A DNA stretch of 64,000 nucleotides from an uncultured Rhizobiaceae bacterium (GCA_964502215.1 CAZCUN010000007.1:2794-66793), one strand, 5' to 3'; counted from the first letter of the stretch, positions 38,321 to 49,693 are shown. Notes: generated from the sequence alone by a model not told the origin. Numbers and translations are program-made.

Positions 38321-40561
38321 ATGGGACGTTTAAAAACAATTGCTCGACGTACATTTATGGTTGGTTCTGTTGCAGTCGTAGGTGGCGTTGCATTTGGTAC
38401 TTATCTTGTAAAGAAAACACCTGAAAACCCACTTGAAGCAGGCCTTGGTGAAGGCGATGCAAGTTTTAATCCTTGGGTTAAAATTGACAAAGATAAAATT
38501 ACCCTCATCACCCCACACGCAGATAGTGGACAAGGCGTACGCTCTGTCCAAGCCGCTATGATTGCAGAAGAGTTAGACCTTGAGCTAGACCAATTCGAAA
38601 CAGATTTTGGCGAACCAAGTGCAGCTTATTGGAATACCACTATGGCCAATGAAACAGTTCCTTTCATGGCAACTGATAAAAGCCTTCCTGCGGAAATGCT
38701 TCGTGGATTTATGGGCGGGCTTTTAAAAGTTTTAGGGATGCAGCTCACTGGCGGATCTACAACCGTTTCTGACAGTTATGAAAAACTGCGCCATGCTGGA
38801 GCAGTTGCAAGAGAAACCTTGAAACTTGCCGCTTCGCAAAAATCAGGCATTGCAGTTGAGCAATTAAAAACCTCAAAAGGCGCAGTGCAATTACCAGATG
38901 GAACTGAGTACAAATATACACAGCTTGCAGAAATTGCCGCCACACTTGAACCCGTACAAGAAGTAACATTACGCGACCCATCTCAATGGCGATTATTAGG
39001 CAAGCCAATGCAGCGCTTGGATGTTTTAGCTAAATCAACTGGCACAATGAACTACGGTATTGATATTACTGTCGATGGCATGGTGCACGCCACTGTTAAA
39101 ATGAACCCTCGCAAAGGTGGCGCACTTAATAGTTTTGATGCAACACAAGCAAAAGCCATGCGCGGTGTGAAAGATGTCTTTGAAATATCAGGTGGCGTTG
39201 CAATAATCGCAGATAACACTTGGCGCGCCATTCAAGCTGCCAATGAAATTGAAGTCGATTGGGGCCAAGCACCCTACCCACCAGAACAAGACGATCATTG
39301 GAAAGCGATTAGCGCATCATTTTCTGAAGACAATTTAGACATGCAATGGCGCAATGATGGCGACATCGAAACAGCCCTTGAAAGCGGCAACATCATAGAA
39401 GCTGAATATCGCTCCCCCTATGTCGCGCATGCCCCGCTTGAACCCCTTAATGCAATTATCAAAGTAACAGATGAAAACGTTGAAGTATGGACAGGCCATC
39501 AAGTCCAAAGGCAATTACAAGTAATTGTTGCTGGCATTACAGGCCATAGCCAAGAGCAAGTGATATTGCATAATCAATATATGGGTGGAAGTTTTGGCCA
39601 CAGGCTTGAATTTGAACATATTAAACAAGCAGCTGAAATTGCCAATAAAATGCGCGGCACACCTGTCAAACTCACCTATAGTCGTGAAGAAGATTTTGCG
39701 CATGATTTCCCAAGACATATTTCTATGGGCAGAGGCAAAGGCAAAGTTGAAGACGGCAAAGTTATAGCGCTTGATTTAAAGATAGCTGCACCCTCCGTTG
39801 TAAGTTCACAAATGGGACGTGCTAATATTCCAGCCCCTGGCCCTGATGCAATGATTGCAACAGGTGCTTGGAATAATCCTTATAACATTCCAAATCACAG
39901 AATGTGCGCCTATCGCGCACCAGAATTATCCCCAACCTCCTCATGGCGTGCCGTTGGAGCACCTGGTGCAGGTTTTATTTTTGACTGCATGTTGGATGAA
40001 CTTATTCATGCTGCTGGTGCAGACCCACTTGAAGAACGCATTCGCTTAATGAACCACGATGTCTCTCGTAAAGTATTAGAAACCGTAGGTGAAATGTCGT
40101 CATGGGGCGAAAAACTACCAGAAGGAAAAGGCAGGGGCATTGCTTTTGTCGAAAGTTTTGGTGTGCCAGTCGCAGAAGTTGTCGAAGTGACCAATACGGA
40201 TGACGGCATTAAAATTGATAAAGTCTGGGTGGCTTGTGATGTTGGAAAAGTGATGGATCCAATCAACTTTGAAAATCTTGTACAAGGAGGCGTTATCTTT
40301 GGTCTTGGTCATGCAATGAATTGTGAAATTACATATTCAGATGGCATAGCGGAGCAAGAAAATTACGATACCCATACAGGCATGCGGTTAAATCAGTGCC
40401 CTCAAATCATGGTAAAAGGCCTTGAGAATGGAGAAGCTGTAAGAGGCATTGGCGAACCCCCTGTTCCCCCTGCCGCGCCTGCGTTAGCAAATGCAATTTT
40501 TGCTGCAACGGGCAAGCGTATTCGCGAATTACCGCTTAATAAACACATTGATTTTGCATAA
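38321..40561 (+). CDS. molybdopterin-binding large subunit (isoquinoline 1-oxidoreductase / aldehyde oxidase beta, IorB-type)
   Basis: 746 aa. Tat-like N-terminus …ARRTFMVGS…. Lies adjacent to the 2Fe-2S subunit, with C-terminal …GIGEPPVPPAAPALANAIF…. Confidence 0.85.
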   Translation: MGRLKTIARRTFMVGSVAVVGGVAFGTYLVKKTPENPLEAGLGEGDASFNPWVKIDKDKITLITPHADSGQGVRSVQAAMIAEELDLELDQFETDFGEPSAAYWNTTMANETVPFMATDKSLPAEMLRGFMGGLLKVLGMQLTGGSTTVSDSYEKLRHAGAVARETLKLAASQKSGIAVEQLKTSKGAVQLPDGTEYKYTQLAEIAATLEPVQEVTLRDPSQWRLLGKPMQRLDVLAKSTGTMNYGIDITVDGMVHATVKMNPRKGGALNSFDATQAKAMRGVKDVFEISGGVAIIADNTWRAIQAANEIEVDWGQAPYPPEQDDHWKAISASFSEDNLDMQWRNDGDIETALESGNIIEAEYRSPYVAHAPLEPLNAIIKVTDENVEVWTGHQVQRQLQVIVAGITGHSQEQVILHNQYMGGSFGHRLEFEHIKQAAEIANKMRGTPVKLTYSREEDFAHDFPRHISMGRGKGKVEDGKVIALDLKIAAPSVVSSQMGRANIPAPGPDAMIATGAWNNPYNIPNHRMCAYRAPELSPTSSWRAVGAPGAGFIFDCMLDELIHAAGADPLEERIRLMNHDVSRKVLETVGEMSSWGEKLPEGKGRGIAFVESFGVPVAEVVEVTNTDDGIKIDKVWVACDVGKVMDPINFENLVQGGVIFGLGHAMNCEITYSDGIAEQENYDTHTGMRLNQCPQIMVKGLENGEAVRGIGEPPVPPAAPALANAIFAATGKRIRELPLNKHIDFA

Positions 40562-40605
40562 GCTCAACAAACTTATCAACGCTTAATCAAAAGTCATTTC
40601 AAAAT

Positions 40606-40638
40606 GCATCTGTGAATACAATTCATAATCACAGATGC
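40606..40638 (+). terminator. hairpin after iorB-type gene (terminator candidate)
   Basis: GCATCTGTGA-(13 nt)-TCACAGATGC. T-rich sequence begins 8 nt downstream. Confidence 0.45.
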
Positions 40639-40720
40639 CGTACATTATTTTTCTTTACAATCTTTCCTTTTCACAACATCCTGCTGAAATAAAATTATGT
40701 GCGGCTTGGAAAGGTAGAAC

Positions 40721-41593
40721 ATGTCAAATATTCTTACCAAGGATCAGAAAGAAGCTTTCTGGCGTGACGGCGTTTTAACGGTTGAAGATGCGGTTACTGA
40801 TGAGCAATTATCTGGATTACGAACTGCCTTTTCTCAATGGATAGAAGAAAGCCGTTCGCACCAAGACGACTACGGCGAAACACTTGATGGCCGCCCTCGA
40901 TTTGACTTAGAACCTGGCCATTCAACAAAGATGCCTGCGCTGCGTCGCGTCCAATCTCCAGAGGAGGTTTCAGACCATTATGCAGATGTAATGCGGAATT
41001 CAAAAATGGCAGATATTTGCGCAGAATTACTTGGCACTGCTATTCGGTTTCACCATGGCAAGGTCAACTCAAAACAGCCAGGCGCTGCAACCAAAATAAA
41101 ATTCCATCAAGATTTTCTATTTCAACCCATGACCAATGACGACTTAATAACATGCCTCTTGTTTGTTGATGAAGTAACACTAGAAAACGGCCCCCTCGAA
41201 GTTGTCCCAGGAACGCACAAAGGCGCATTATACTCACACTGGCAGAACGGTGTTTTCACAGGCGCTATATCAGATGATGTTTTAAAAGAACACGAAGATA
41301 ATATCGTTAGATGCACAGGCAAGCCAGGTTCAGTTTGTTTAATGCATTCAAGCTTACTGCACGGATCAGCGCCAAATTTATCTAACAACCCGCGAACCTT
41401 ATATATTGTAACTTATTATGCAGAAGATGCGATAGAACTAAGCCCAAACCATCTACCAAGCACTCTCACGCATGAACTTGTCAGAGGTGAAGCATCTGGT
41501 CGAGTACGTTGCAGTTCTTATGAAATGCAAATACCAGAAGTTCCAAAAGATACATCGTTCTTTGCCCAACAAGCTTCTTCAGATAAGAACTAA
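40721..41593 (+). CDS. phytanoyl-CoA dioxygenase (PhyH) family Fe(II)/2-oxoglutarate oxygenase
   Basis: …FWRDGVLTVEDAV…, HQD (HxD) and …HGSAPN… facial-triad pattern. Confidence 0.75.
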   Translation: MSNILTKDQKEAFWRDGVLTVEDAVTDEQLSGLRTAFSQWIEESRSHQDDYGETLDGRPRFDLEPGHSTKMPALRRVQSPEEVSDHYADVMRNSKMADICAELLGTAIRFHHGKVNSKQPGAATKIKFHQDFLFQPMTNDDLITCLLFVDEVTLENGPLEVVPGTHKGALYSHWQNGVFTGAISDDVLKEHEDNIVRCTGKPGSVCLMHSSLLHGSAPNLSNNPRTLYIVTYYAEDAIELSPNHLPSTLTHELVRGEASGRVRCSSYEMQIPEVPKDTSFFAQQASSDKN

Positions 41594-41620
41594 ACATTGA
41601 TTTTGGATGGATGTTAAACG

Positions 41621-42394
41621 ATGAACAATATGGCTAATCACACAAAGATCAAAAAATTAGACTTCACCACCGACAGTGGCTTTGGAGAGCGTGCCCGCAT
41701 TGGCTTATTAGTTTTAGAATCTGATCAAACCGTTGAGACTGAACTTAAACTTCTAACAGATATTCCAGGCGTCTCAATTTATCATTCTCGCCTTGCAAAT
41801 GACCTGATCGTCACCCCTGAAACATTAGCAAATATGGAAAAAGAACTCCCAATAGCAGCAGGCCTATTGCCAAAATACATGGCGCTTTCTGCACTTGGCT
41901 ATGGCTGCACATCAGCCTCAACTATTATTGGGGAAGACCGCGTTCAACAAATTCTCAATCAAGCACACCCTAACGTACCAACTTCCAACCCTTTAACCGC
42001 GGCCAAAGCAGCCCTTAAAGCCTTAAATGTAAAGCGTCTTGCATTACTCACTCCCTATACCCCTGAAGTAACACAGGCGATGCAATCAAAGTTTATCGAA
42101 GCTGGCATTGAGATTGCAATTGTTGGTTCATTTTATGAAGAAAGCGATCTTGTGGTTGGTAAAATCTCATCGCAATCAATTTTAGATGCAGCGATTGCGA
42201 TTGGCGCAAACAAAGACTGCGACGGTGTTTTCATTTCCTGCACCAGCTTACGTGCTGCAGCAATCATTGAAAAAGCAGAAGACGCGATAGGTAAACCTGT
42301 AACCGCAAGCAATCATGCACTTGCGTGGCATTTACTAAGACTAGCTGGCATCGAAGATAAACAAAAAGGCTACGGCAAATTATTTGAACTTTAA
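41621..42394 (+). CDS. Asp/Glu/hydantoin-racemase-superfamily protein (maleate isomerase / arylmalonate decarboxylase-like)
   Basis: 257 aa. …RIGLLVLESDQTVE… and two Cys-containing loops (…GYGCTSAS…, …FISCTSLR…). Confidence 0.65.
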   Translation: MNNMANHTKIKKLDFTTDSGFGERARIGLLVLESDQTVETELKLLTDIPGVSIYHSRLANDLIVTPETLANMEKELPIAAGLLPKYMALSALGYGCTSASTIIGEDRVQQILNQAHPNVPTSNPLTAAKAALKALNVKRLALLTPYTPEVTQAMQSKFIEAGIEIAIVGSFYEESDLVVGKISSQSILDAAIAIGANKDCDGVFISCTSLRAAAIIEKAEDAIGKPVTASNHALAWHLLRLAGIEDKQKGYGKLFEL

Positions 42395-42448
42395 GTGACT
42401 AACACCAAGAATATTAAAATCATAAAACGCTAAATTTAGGATATTCCT

Positions 42449-43606
42449 TTGCCAATCAATGAACAAAAACTCGTAGCTGATTTATCCAAAATGGTCAGCA
42501 TTCCAAGTGCAAATACGTTTGGCAAAGAAGACCCTACTAATCCTGTAGAAGAGGCCATAGCTCAATATTACGAAGAGCAATTAAAAAGTCTTGGTTTTGA
42601 AATTAATTCTGCAGATGTTGAAAATGGCCGTCGCAATGTTTGGGGAACTTTAAAAGGCAGCGGCAAAGGTCCTACCGTCCTCTTGGCTGGTCACATGGAT
42701 ACCGTTGGCATTGAGGGTTATGACGAACCGTTTAGCGGCGAGGTAAAAGACGGTAAAATTTATGGGCGTGGCTCATGTGATATGAAAGCAGGCCTAGCCG
42801 CTTACCTTGAAGTAGCACGTATCCTTGTTGAAACAGGCGAAACCCTTTCAGGTGATTTAATCATCGCTGGTGTGGTTGATGAAGAATATGGAATGATCGG
42901 CTCAAAACATTTTGGCACTCACGGCCCTAAAATTGATTTTGCTATTGTTGCCGAACCAAGCAGTTTAAAACTAAGCATCGCACATCGCGGACAAGTCTGT
43001 CTGTCTCTTAAAACTTACGGTCTATCAGCACATTCAAGCGTGCCTGAAAATGGCATTAATGCGATTTATCACATGAACTCAGCAATAACTGCATTGCGAA
43101 AATATGCAGATGACTTATCCAAACGCAAACCAGACCCTTTATGCGGTATGCCAACACTAAGCATTGGCGTGATAACGGGTGGAGAAAGTGTTTCATCTGT
43201 ACCTGATTGGTGTGAGATTGAAATCGATCGTCGAATGATACCAGGCGAAAGCTTTGACAGCATCCATAAAGAATTTAGCGAAGTTCTAAACAAGTTAGCA
43301 GAAGAAATTCCAGACTTTAAATACGAACTTACAAAGCCAAGCTTAAATGCGCCACCACTAAGCACCGATGTGAATTCACCTGTCGTCAAAGCGATTGTGG
43401 AGAGTTATAAAAAAGTCTGCAATCAAGAGCCAGAATTTATGACTTTTCCTGGTTCAACGGATGCACCAAATTTTGGATGTCCTACTGTTATCTGCGGCGC
43501 AGGTTCGCTTGAGCAATGTCATACAATCAACGAGTATGTTCCAATCTCAGAAATGAAAACGGCTGTTTCCATTTATCTTGAAACGATTAGAATTTTACTC
43601 AAGTAA
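42449..43606 (+). CDS. M20-family metallo-deacylase (ArgE/DapE-like)
   Basis: …LLAGHMDTV…, …GRGSCDMKAG…, …DEEYG… motifs. TTG start. Confidence 0.8.
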   Translation: MPINEQKLVADLSKMVSIPSANTFGKEDPTNPVEEAIAQYYEEQLKSLGFEINSADVENGRRNVWGTLKGSGKGPTVLLAGHMDTVGIEGYDEPFSGEVKDGKIYGRGSCDMKAGLAAYLEVARILVETGETLSGDLIIAGVVDEEYGMIGSKHFGTHGPKIDFAIVAEPSSLKLSIAHRGQVCLSLKTYGLSAHSSVPENGINAIYHMNSAITALRKYADDLSKRKPDPLCGMPTLSIGVITGGESVSSVPDWCEIEIDRRMIPGESFDSIHKEFSEVLNKLAEEIPDFKYELTKPSLNAPPLSTDVNSPVVKAIVESYKKVCNQEPEFMTFPGSTDAPNFGCPTVICGAGSLEQCHTINEYVPISEMKTAVSIYLETIRILLK

Positions 43607-43630
43607 GTATATTTCATAGGAAGAAAAAAG

Positions 43631-44791
43631 ATGGATTGGCGAACAAAACTTCTGGATGCAAAACCCCGTGCACGTAGAGATTATCACTCGCTAGCAACAC
43701 CCGTTTATCGTGGATCAACAGTTGTTTTTGACGATCAAAGCTGCGTCAATGACGGATGGGATCAAGCTGAAAACGGGTACTCATACGGTCTTTATGGAAC
43801 CCCAACAGCTTTAGAGCTTGCAGCCCGAATTGCAGAACTAGAAAATGCCCACCGAACATTAATCGTTCCAGGGGGGCAAGCAGCCATTGCACTTGTATAT
43901 TTTGCTTATTGCAAAACAGGAAGCCACGCACTTGTACCTTATTCAGCATACGGCCCCAACAAAGAAATGGCACAAGGCATTCTTCAAGGACTTGGCATCG
44001 AGGTCGAACCATACGACCCTTTAATCGGCGCTGATATTTCCGATCTGATTAAAGACAACACATCCCTTATATGGTGTGAAAGCCCAGGATCAGTCACGAT
44101 GGAAGTACAAGATGTACCTGCAATTGTAAAAGCAGCGCACGCAAAACAAGTAGCTGTTGCATTAGACAATACTTATGCAGCTGGCGTGATGTTTGATGCC
44201 TTTGCACATGACGTTGATATCAGCATACAAGCCCTGACAAAATATGTAGGCGGTCATAGCGATTTACTTTTAGGTTCTGTTTCTGCCAAAGACCAAAATG
44301 CGTTTGAATATTTAGGCCCTGTTTATCGTCAACTTGGACTAGCAGTTTCACCTGATGATTGCAGTCTTGCCCTTCGTGGCTTGCAAACTTTAGCAGTCAG
44401 GTTAGACCAACTTGAAAAATCAACGTTAGAAATTGCCCATTGGTTGCAAGCGCATGATGCAATAAAATCAGTCTTTCACCCCGCACTTCCCTCATGCCCA
44501 GGCCATGAAAATTGGAAAAAAGATTTTACTGGCTCAACCAGTGTATTTTCAATTTTATTTGAAGGTGACAACACACCAAAACAAGTTGAAGCTTTTATAA
44601 ACGGGCTTGAACTGTTTAGCATCGGGTTAAGTTGGGGTGGCGTTAATAGCCTTGCAGTTGTTTACCCTGATTTGGAAAGACCAGGAAAAGAGTTCGGCGG
44701 AAGATTAGTTCGTCTGAATATTGGTTTAGAACAAACTACTAATTTAATTCAAGACATAGATAATGCCCTAAAAAAAGCTCTCATATCTTAA
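43631..44791 (+). CDS. PLP-dependent cystathionine beta-lyase-type C-S lyase
   Basis: 386 aa. …LATPVYRGSTVVF…, …ALTKYVGGHSDLLLG… (PLP-Lys region). Confidence 0.8.
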   Translation: MDWRTKLLDAKPRARRDYHSLATPVYRGSTVVFDDQSCVNDGWDQAENGYSYGLYGTPTALELAARIAELENAHRTLIVPGGQAAIALVYFAYCKTGSHALVPYSAYGPNKEMAQGILQGLGIEVEPYDPLIGADISDLIKDNTSLIWCESPGSVTMEVQDVPAIVKAAHAKQVAVALDNTYAAGVMFDAFAHDVDISIQALTKYVGGHSDLLLGSVSAKDQNAFEYLGPVYRQLGLAVSPDDCSLALRGLQTLAVRLDQLEKSTLEIAHWLQAHDAIKSVFHPALPSCPGHENWKKDFTGSTSVFSILFEGDNTPKQVEAFINGLELFSIGLSWGGVNSLAVVYPDLERPGKEFGGRLVRLNIGLEQTTNLIQDIDNALKKALIS

Positions 44792-44852
44792 CGAATTAAA
44801 AATGCTAAACGAGAGCAACGAGCATAATTATCAAGTGTATCACCAACGACCG

Positions 44853-47327
44853 TCAGGATCTCATCTTGGAACCATTATGGTCATAAAGCGGAGCAACTTG
44901 AACTTGCGCATCATAAAACTTGCCAAGAATTTCAACTTGTAAAGATGATCCCTCAATAGCATTTGGTGTACTGACATAAGCCATCGCCATAGATTTATCG
45001 ACATGATGGGCATAACTACCTGATGTGATATAGCCAACCGCCTCTCCATCTTTCATAACTGCTTCATCAAGTGATACATCAATATCTGTATCAATTGTTA
45101 AGGTTACGAGTTTACGCGCAACCCCCTCCTCTTTAAATTTAAGGGTGGCTTCTTTACCGACAAAATCTTTTTTCCAATTGATAAAGACATCCATCCCACT
45201 TTCAACAGCATTAAAGTCTGGTCGGAATTCAAGCCCCCATGCGCCCCAGCCTTTTTCAAGACGCATACTCATCAAACAACGGTTACCATACCAGCGATAC
45301 CCAAGATCTCTACCCGCCTCTTCAATTGCTTCTGATAAAAGAAGCAGATATTGCGGGCGACAGTAAATCTCATAACCAAGCTCACCAGAAAAGCTAATAC
45401 GGTTTAAAATAACAGGAACGCCACCAACATATGTTTCGCATGTGTCTCGAAACTTCATTGCTTCAGCAGAAATATCCTTGCGTGTAATCTTTTGCAAAAG
45501 ATCACGAGATTTTGGTCCTGACACAGCAATGCCGTGCCAGTCCCCTGTTTGATTTTCATACGTAACATCGTTTGGCAATGTCTTTGCCCAGAAACGGCTA
45601 TGCGCATCTTGCATTGCACCAGAACCAAAAATCATAAAGTGCTCTTCACCTAAGCATGCAACGGTTAAATCACCATAGAGGCGACCCTTACCAGTTAACA
45701 TTGGCGTTAATGATATCCGACCAGGTTTTGGAATAAACCCAGCCATAGTTTTATCAAGCCATTCACGTGCGCCAGCACCCTTGATTTCGTGCTTTGCGAA
45801 GTTGGCAATTTCTATGCCTGCTACACCAGTGCGAACCGCTTCACATTCGCGAGCAACATACTCATGACTGCGATTGCGCTCAAACATTGGGTCTTCCCAT
45901 GCATCTTCTGGATTATCTGAAAACCACAAGACATGCTCCAAGCCAAAGGCCTGTCCCATGCGCGCACCTTTTGCAATCAAGCGATCATAAATCGCAGTTG
46001 TTTGTTGCTTACGTCCCTTTGGGAGCGTTTCATTTGGGAAAGTCATTACAAAACGACGTTCATAATTTTCAGTTGATTTAACTGTCCCCCAATCAGGTGA
46101 AGCCCACTTACCAAACCGCGCAACATCCATCGCCCAAACATCAATAGAAGGTTCACCATCTATCATCCACTCAGCCATAGTAAGTCCAACACCACCGCCT
46201 TGGCAAAAGCCAGCCATAACGCCAACCGCGCACCAGTAATTATGCATATCTGGAACCGGCCCAATCATTGGATTGCCATCTGGCCCAAAAGTGAAAGGCC
46301 CGTTGATTGCCTGACGGATACCCGCATTTGCCATCGCAGGAATACGTTCAAAGCCAAGCTCCAAACGTTCTGCGATGTGTTCCAGATTAGGATTTAATAA
46401 TTCATGGCCAAAATCCCAAGGCGTGCCTTCAACTTTCCATGGCACACCAACTGGCTCATAAGTCCCAAGCAACATTCCATCACGCTCTTGGCGAAAATAT
46501 AGATTGGCTTCATAATCAAAACCACACGGAAGCCGCGAGCCAAATTCTGCAACTTCTTGAATGCGCTCAGTTAGAAGATAATGATGTTCCATTGGCTGAA
46601 CAGGAAAATTTAACCCAGCCATTTGGCCAACTTCGCGCGCCCAAAGCCCACCACAGTTCACAACATGCTCAGCAATTACAACGCCTTTAGAAGTCGTTAC
46701 TTCCCATTGCCCATCAGAGCGGAGTTTTGTGTGAGTAACAGGTGTGTGGGTGAAATATTGCCCACCATAATGGCGCGCAGCTTTAGCAAAGGCATAAGTT
46801 GTACCTGATGGATCAAGATCGCCATCTTGTTCATCCCATAATGCTGCATGGTAATATTGAGGGTCAATTAGTGGATGACGTTTAGCGACTTCCTCAGGAG
46901 AGATAAACTCTTGATCAAGCCCCATATAGCGCGCTTTTGAGCGTTCCCGCTTTAGGTAGTCATACCACGTTTTATTTGAAGCAAGATAAAAGCCGCCTGT
47001 TAAATTAAGACCAACAGATTGTCCTGAAAGTTCTTCAATTTCTTTGTAAAGATTAATCGTATAACTTTGTAGTCGTGAAATATTTGGATCAGAACTAATT
47101 GTATGAATTTGGCCAGCCGCATGCCAAGACGAACCAGAGGTTAGCTCCGAACGCTCAAGCAAAATTGTCTCTTTCCAACCAAACTTAGCTAGATGAAAAA
47201 GAATTGAGCAGCCAACAACTCCACCACCAATAACGACACATTTTGCATGACTAGGCAGCTTCTTTTTACTACTAGTTTCATCTTTTTGAATCTTCAGAGT
47301 CGATTGCGCCATTGTATCTATTGTCAT
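44853..47327 (-). CDS. dimethylglycine/sarcosine-dehydrogenase-like FAD oxidoreductase fused to a GcvT folate-binding domain
   Basis: 824 aa. N-terminal VVIGGGVVGCS dinucleotide fold and a C-terminal aminomethyltransferase-like region. Confidence 0.8.
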   Translation of the reverse strand: MTIDTMAQSTLKIQKDETSSKKKLPSHAKCVVIGGGVVGCSILFHLAKFGWKETILLERSELTSGSSWHAAGQIHTISSDPNISRLQSYTINLYKEIEELSGQSVGLNLTGGFYLASNKTWYDYLKRERSKARYMGLDQEFISPEEVAKRHPLIDPQYYHAALWDEQDGDLDPSGTTYAFAKAARHYGGQYFTHTPVTHTKLRSDGQWEVTTSKGVVIAEHVVNCGGLWAREVGQMAGLNFPVQPMEHHYLLTERIQEVAEFGSRLPCGFDYEANLYFRQERDGMLLGTYEPVGVPWKVEGTPWDFGHELLNPNLEHIAERLELGFERIPAMANAGIRQAINGPFTFGPDGNPMIGPVPDMHNYWCAVGVMAGFCQGGGVGLTMAEWMIDGEPSIDVWAMDVARFGKWASPDWGTVKSTENYERRFVMTFPNETLPKGRKQQTTAIYDRLIAKGARMGQAFGLEHVLWFSDNPEDAWEDPMFERNRSHEYVARECEAVRTGVAGIEIANFAKHEIKGAGAREWLDKTMAGFIPKPGRISLTPMLTGKGRLYGDLTVACLGEEHFMIFGSGAMQDAHSRFWAKTLPNDVTYENQTGDWHGIAVSGPKSRDLLQKITRKDISAEAMKFRDTCETYVGGVPVILNRISFSGELGYEIYCRPQYLLLLSEAIEEAGRDLGYRWYGNRCLMSMRLEKGWGAWGLEFRPDFNAVESGMDVFINWKKDFVGKEATLKFKEEGVARKLVTLTIDTDIDVSLDEAVMKDGEAVGYITSGSYAHHVDKSMAMAYVSTPNAIEGSSLQVEILGKFYDAQVQVAPLYDHNGSKMRS

Positions 47328-47472
47328 GACTGAGTCCTTTAGTCGTAATGCTCATTATTCTGCTTAATACCAAACATTAAGAAATGCTTCTTGAACTAAT
47401 ATACTTGCCCTATAATTCCTCCATATTATACGAATTTTATGGAAAGCATATTTTAATAACGAAGCAATATGT

Positions 47473-48363
47473 TCAGCTGTAAAGCCAAGCAGCCCCCCTT
47501 ACACCAGAGCTATCTCCATATTTCGCTTTTACAATCGGTGTATTGAAATGATCCGTAAACACATGTGACGCCATTAATGCAGGCACGTCTGCATAAAGTG
47601 AAGAGACATTCGACATTCCGCCGCCTAGTATGATGACATCTGGGTCGATCATATTTACCAGCTGAGAAAGCCCACGCGCCAGTTGATCACAATAAGCCTG
47701 ATAAACTTTTTTCGAGGCATCATCTTCAAGTGCAAGAATTTCTTCAGAGTTCAAATGCGTTGGCTCACCTAATAGCGTTTCATAACTACGTTGAAAGCCT
47801 GTTCCTGAAATATAGGTTTCTAAGCACCCACGCCTTCCACACCAACATTGATTTCCAGGAAACTCGTTTTCAAGCATTGGTGCAAGTGGCGTATGGCCAA
47901 ACTCGCCTGCAATCCCTTGCCGACCAACAAGCGCCTTGCCATTAATTGCAATACCACACCCACAACCCGTACCAAGGATAATTCCTGCAACAACATGTGC
48001 GCCCTTACCTGCCCCATCCACAGCTTCAGAAACTGCAAAACAATTTGCATCATTTTGAATAATTACATCTCGCCCAAGAGCTTCTTGTATATCTTTTAAA
48101 AGTGGCTTTCCATTCAACCATGTCGAGTTTGCATTTTTAACAAGCCCAGTTGCTGGCGAGATTGTGCCTGGAATACCAATACCAACAGAGCCTGACCTTC
48201 CAGTTTTTTCCTCTGCCATTAAAACAAGATCATGCACCGCTTTGATGCAGGCTTTGTAATCATCTTGTGGTGTAAAAACACGCTCTCTTAAAAGCGTAAT
48301 GCCATTATCATCAAGGGCAATGATCTCAAGTTTTGTACCACCCCAATCAATGCCAATTCTCAT
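47473..48363 (-). CDS. ROK-family sugar kinase (NagK/Mak-like)
   Basis: [11 protein letters not shown]…, …NDANCFA…, …GEFGH… and CxCGxxGCxE zinc motif (CWCGRRGCLE). Confidence 0.8.
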   Translation of the reverse strand: MRIGIDWGGTKLEIIALDDNGITLLRERVFTPQDDYKACIKAVHDLVLMAEEKTGRSGSVGIGIPGTISPATGLVKNANSTWLNGKPLLKDIQEALGRDVIIQNDANCFAVSEAVDGAGKGAHVVAGIILGTGCGCGIAINGKALVGRQGIAGEFGHTPLAPMLENEFPGNQCWCGRRGCLETYISGTGFQRSYETLLGEPTHLNSEEILALEDDASKKVYQAYCDQLARGLSQLVNMIDPDVIILGGGMSNVSSLYADVPALMASHVFTDHFNTPIVKAKYGDSSGVRGAAWLYS

Positions 48364-49574
48364 TATAAGCTCGCTTTCACTTGTAAAACCTCACCAAGCG
48401 CAAGTTCGATTGAAGCATCGCGTTCTGCACGTTCGATAAAACCACCGCCTAAAACCCGCGTATCTTCGGTATCATCTTCATAAAAAACGCATGCTTGCCC
48501 GGGGGCTATACCTGCTTCACCACCAATTAAATCAACGCTTATCTTTCCAGCATCATTAGATCTATAAAGAATTGCCTCCATCGGTGGGCGGGTGGATCGA
48601 ACTTTTACAAAAAGCTCAAGTCCATCTTCAGGAATGTCTTCAATTACACCATCTCCAAGCCAGTTCACATCTCTCAAATAAAGTTTGCGCGTATCAAGCG
48701 CCTCCTTTGGACCAACAATAACACGCGCATTCTTAGCATCTAAATGAACCACATAAATTGGATCTCCAGTTGCGACGCCAATACCTCGTCGCTGACCAAC
48801 TGTGAAATTAATGATACCTTTATGCTCACCTAAAATACGTCCATCAATATGTTGAATTTCACCTACTGTAGCGGCTTCAGGTTGCAGCTTATTGATGATG
48901 TCTGAATATTTGCCTTGAGGAACAAAGCAAATGTCCTGACTGTCAGGCTTTTGTGAAATCTCTAACCCTAAATCTTTAGCAAGTTCACGCGTTTCCGTCT
49001 TTGGCAAATCGCCTAATGGAAACCGAATGTAATCAACTTGCTCTTGTGTTGTTGCAAACAAAAAATAACTTTGGTCACGACCATGATCGCGTGGGCGAAA
49101 CATAGAACGACGACCAGTATCAGGATCAGCCAACCGCGAACGAATATAATGCCCTGTTGCCAAAGCAGCAGCACCTAATTCTTTTGCTGTTTTTAAAAGA
49201 TCAGCAAATTTCACCGTTTGATTACAAGAGATACAAGGAATAGGCGTTTCGCCAGCAATATAACTTTCCATAAAGGGGTTAATCACTTGCTCTCGAAATT
49301 TGTCTTCATAGTCGAGGACATAATGTGGGATACCAAGCGTTTCAGCAACGCGTCTTGCATCGTGAATATCTTGCCCCGCGCAACAAGCACCTTTACGCTT
49401 TACAGCCTCGCCATGATCATAAAGTTGCAACGTCATTCCAACCACGTCATAACCCTCACGCGCCAAAAGACCTGCAACAACAGAGCTATCAACACCACCA
49501 GACATCGCCACGACAATTCGACAGTCCTTAGGCTCACCTGGCAGACCAAGCGAATTTAATTTTTGGGTAGTCAT
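48363..49574 (-). CDS. mnmA: tRNA 2-thiouridine(34) synthase
   Basis: PP-loop [11 protein letters not shown], …CCAGQD…, …PCISCN…, and overall length. Confidence 0.9.
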   Translation of the reverse strand: MTTQKLNSLGLPGEPKDCRIVVAMSGGVDSSVVAGLLAREGYDVVGMTLQLYDHGEAVKRKGACCAGQDIHDARRVAETLGIPHYVLDYEDKFREQVINPFMESYIAGETPIPCISCNQTVKFADLLKTAKELGAAALATGHYIRSRLADPDTGRRSMFRPRDHGRDQSYFLFATTQEQVDYIRFPLGDLPKTETRELAKDLGLEISQKPDSQDICFVPQGKYSDIINKLQPEAATVGEIQHIDGRILGEHKGIINFTVGQRRGIGVATGDPIYVVHLDAKNARVIVGPKEALDTRKLYLRDVNWLGDGVIEDIPEDGLELFVKVRSTRPPMEAILYRSNDAGKISVDLIGGEAGIAPGQACVFYEDDTEDTRVLGGGFIERAERDASIELALGEVLQVKASL

Positions 49575-49693
49575 TTATTTTCTCCAAACATGTGCCGTTC
49601 AAAAGCGGCACTGATGAAATCAATTTAGTGGCTCACGTTATAGTGTAAGTCACCAACCTTGCAAAGAGGTATGCATGTTCTAAACTCGACTTT

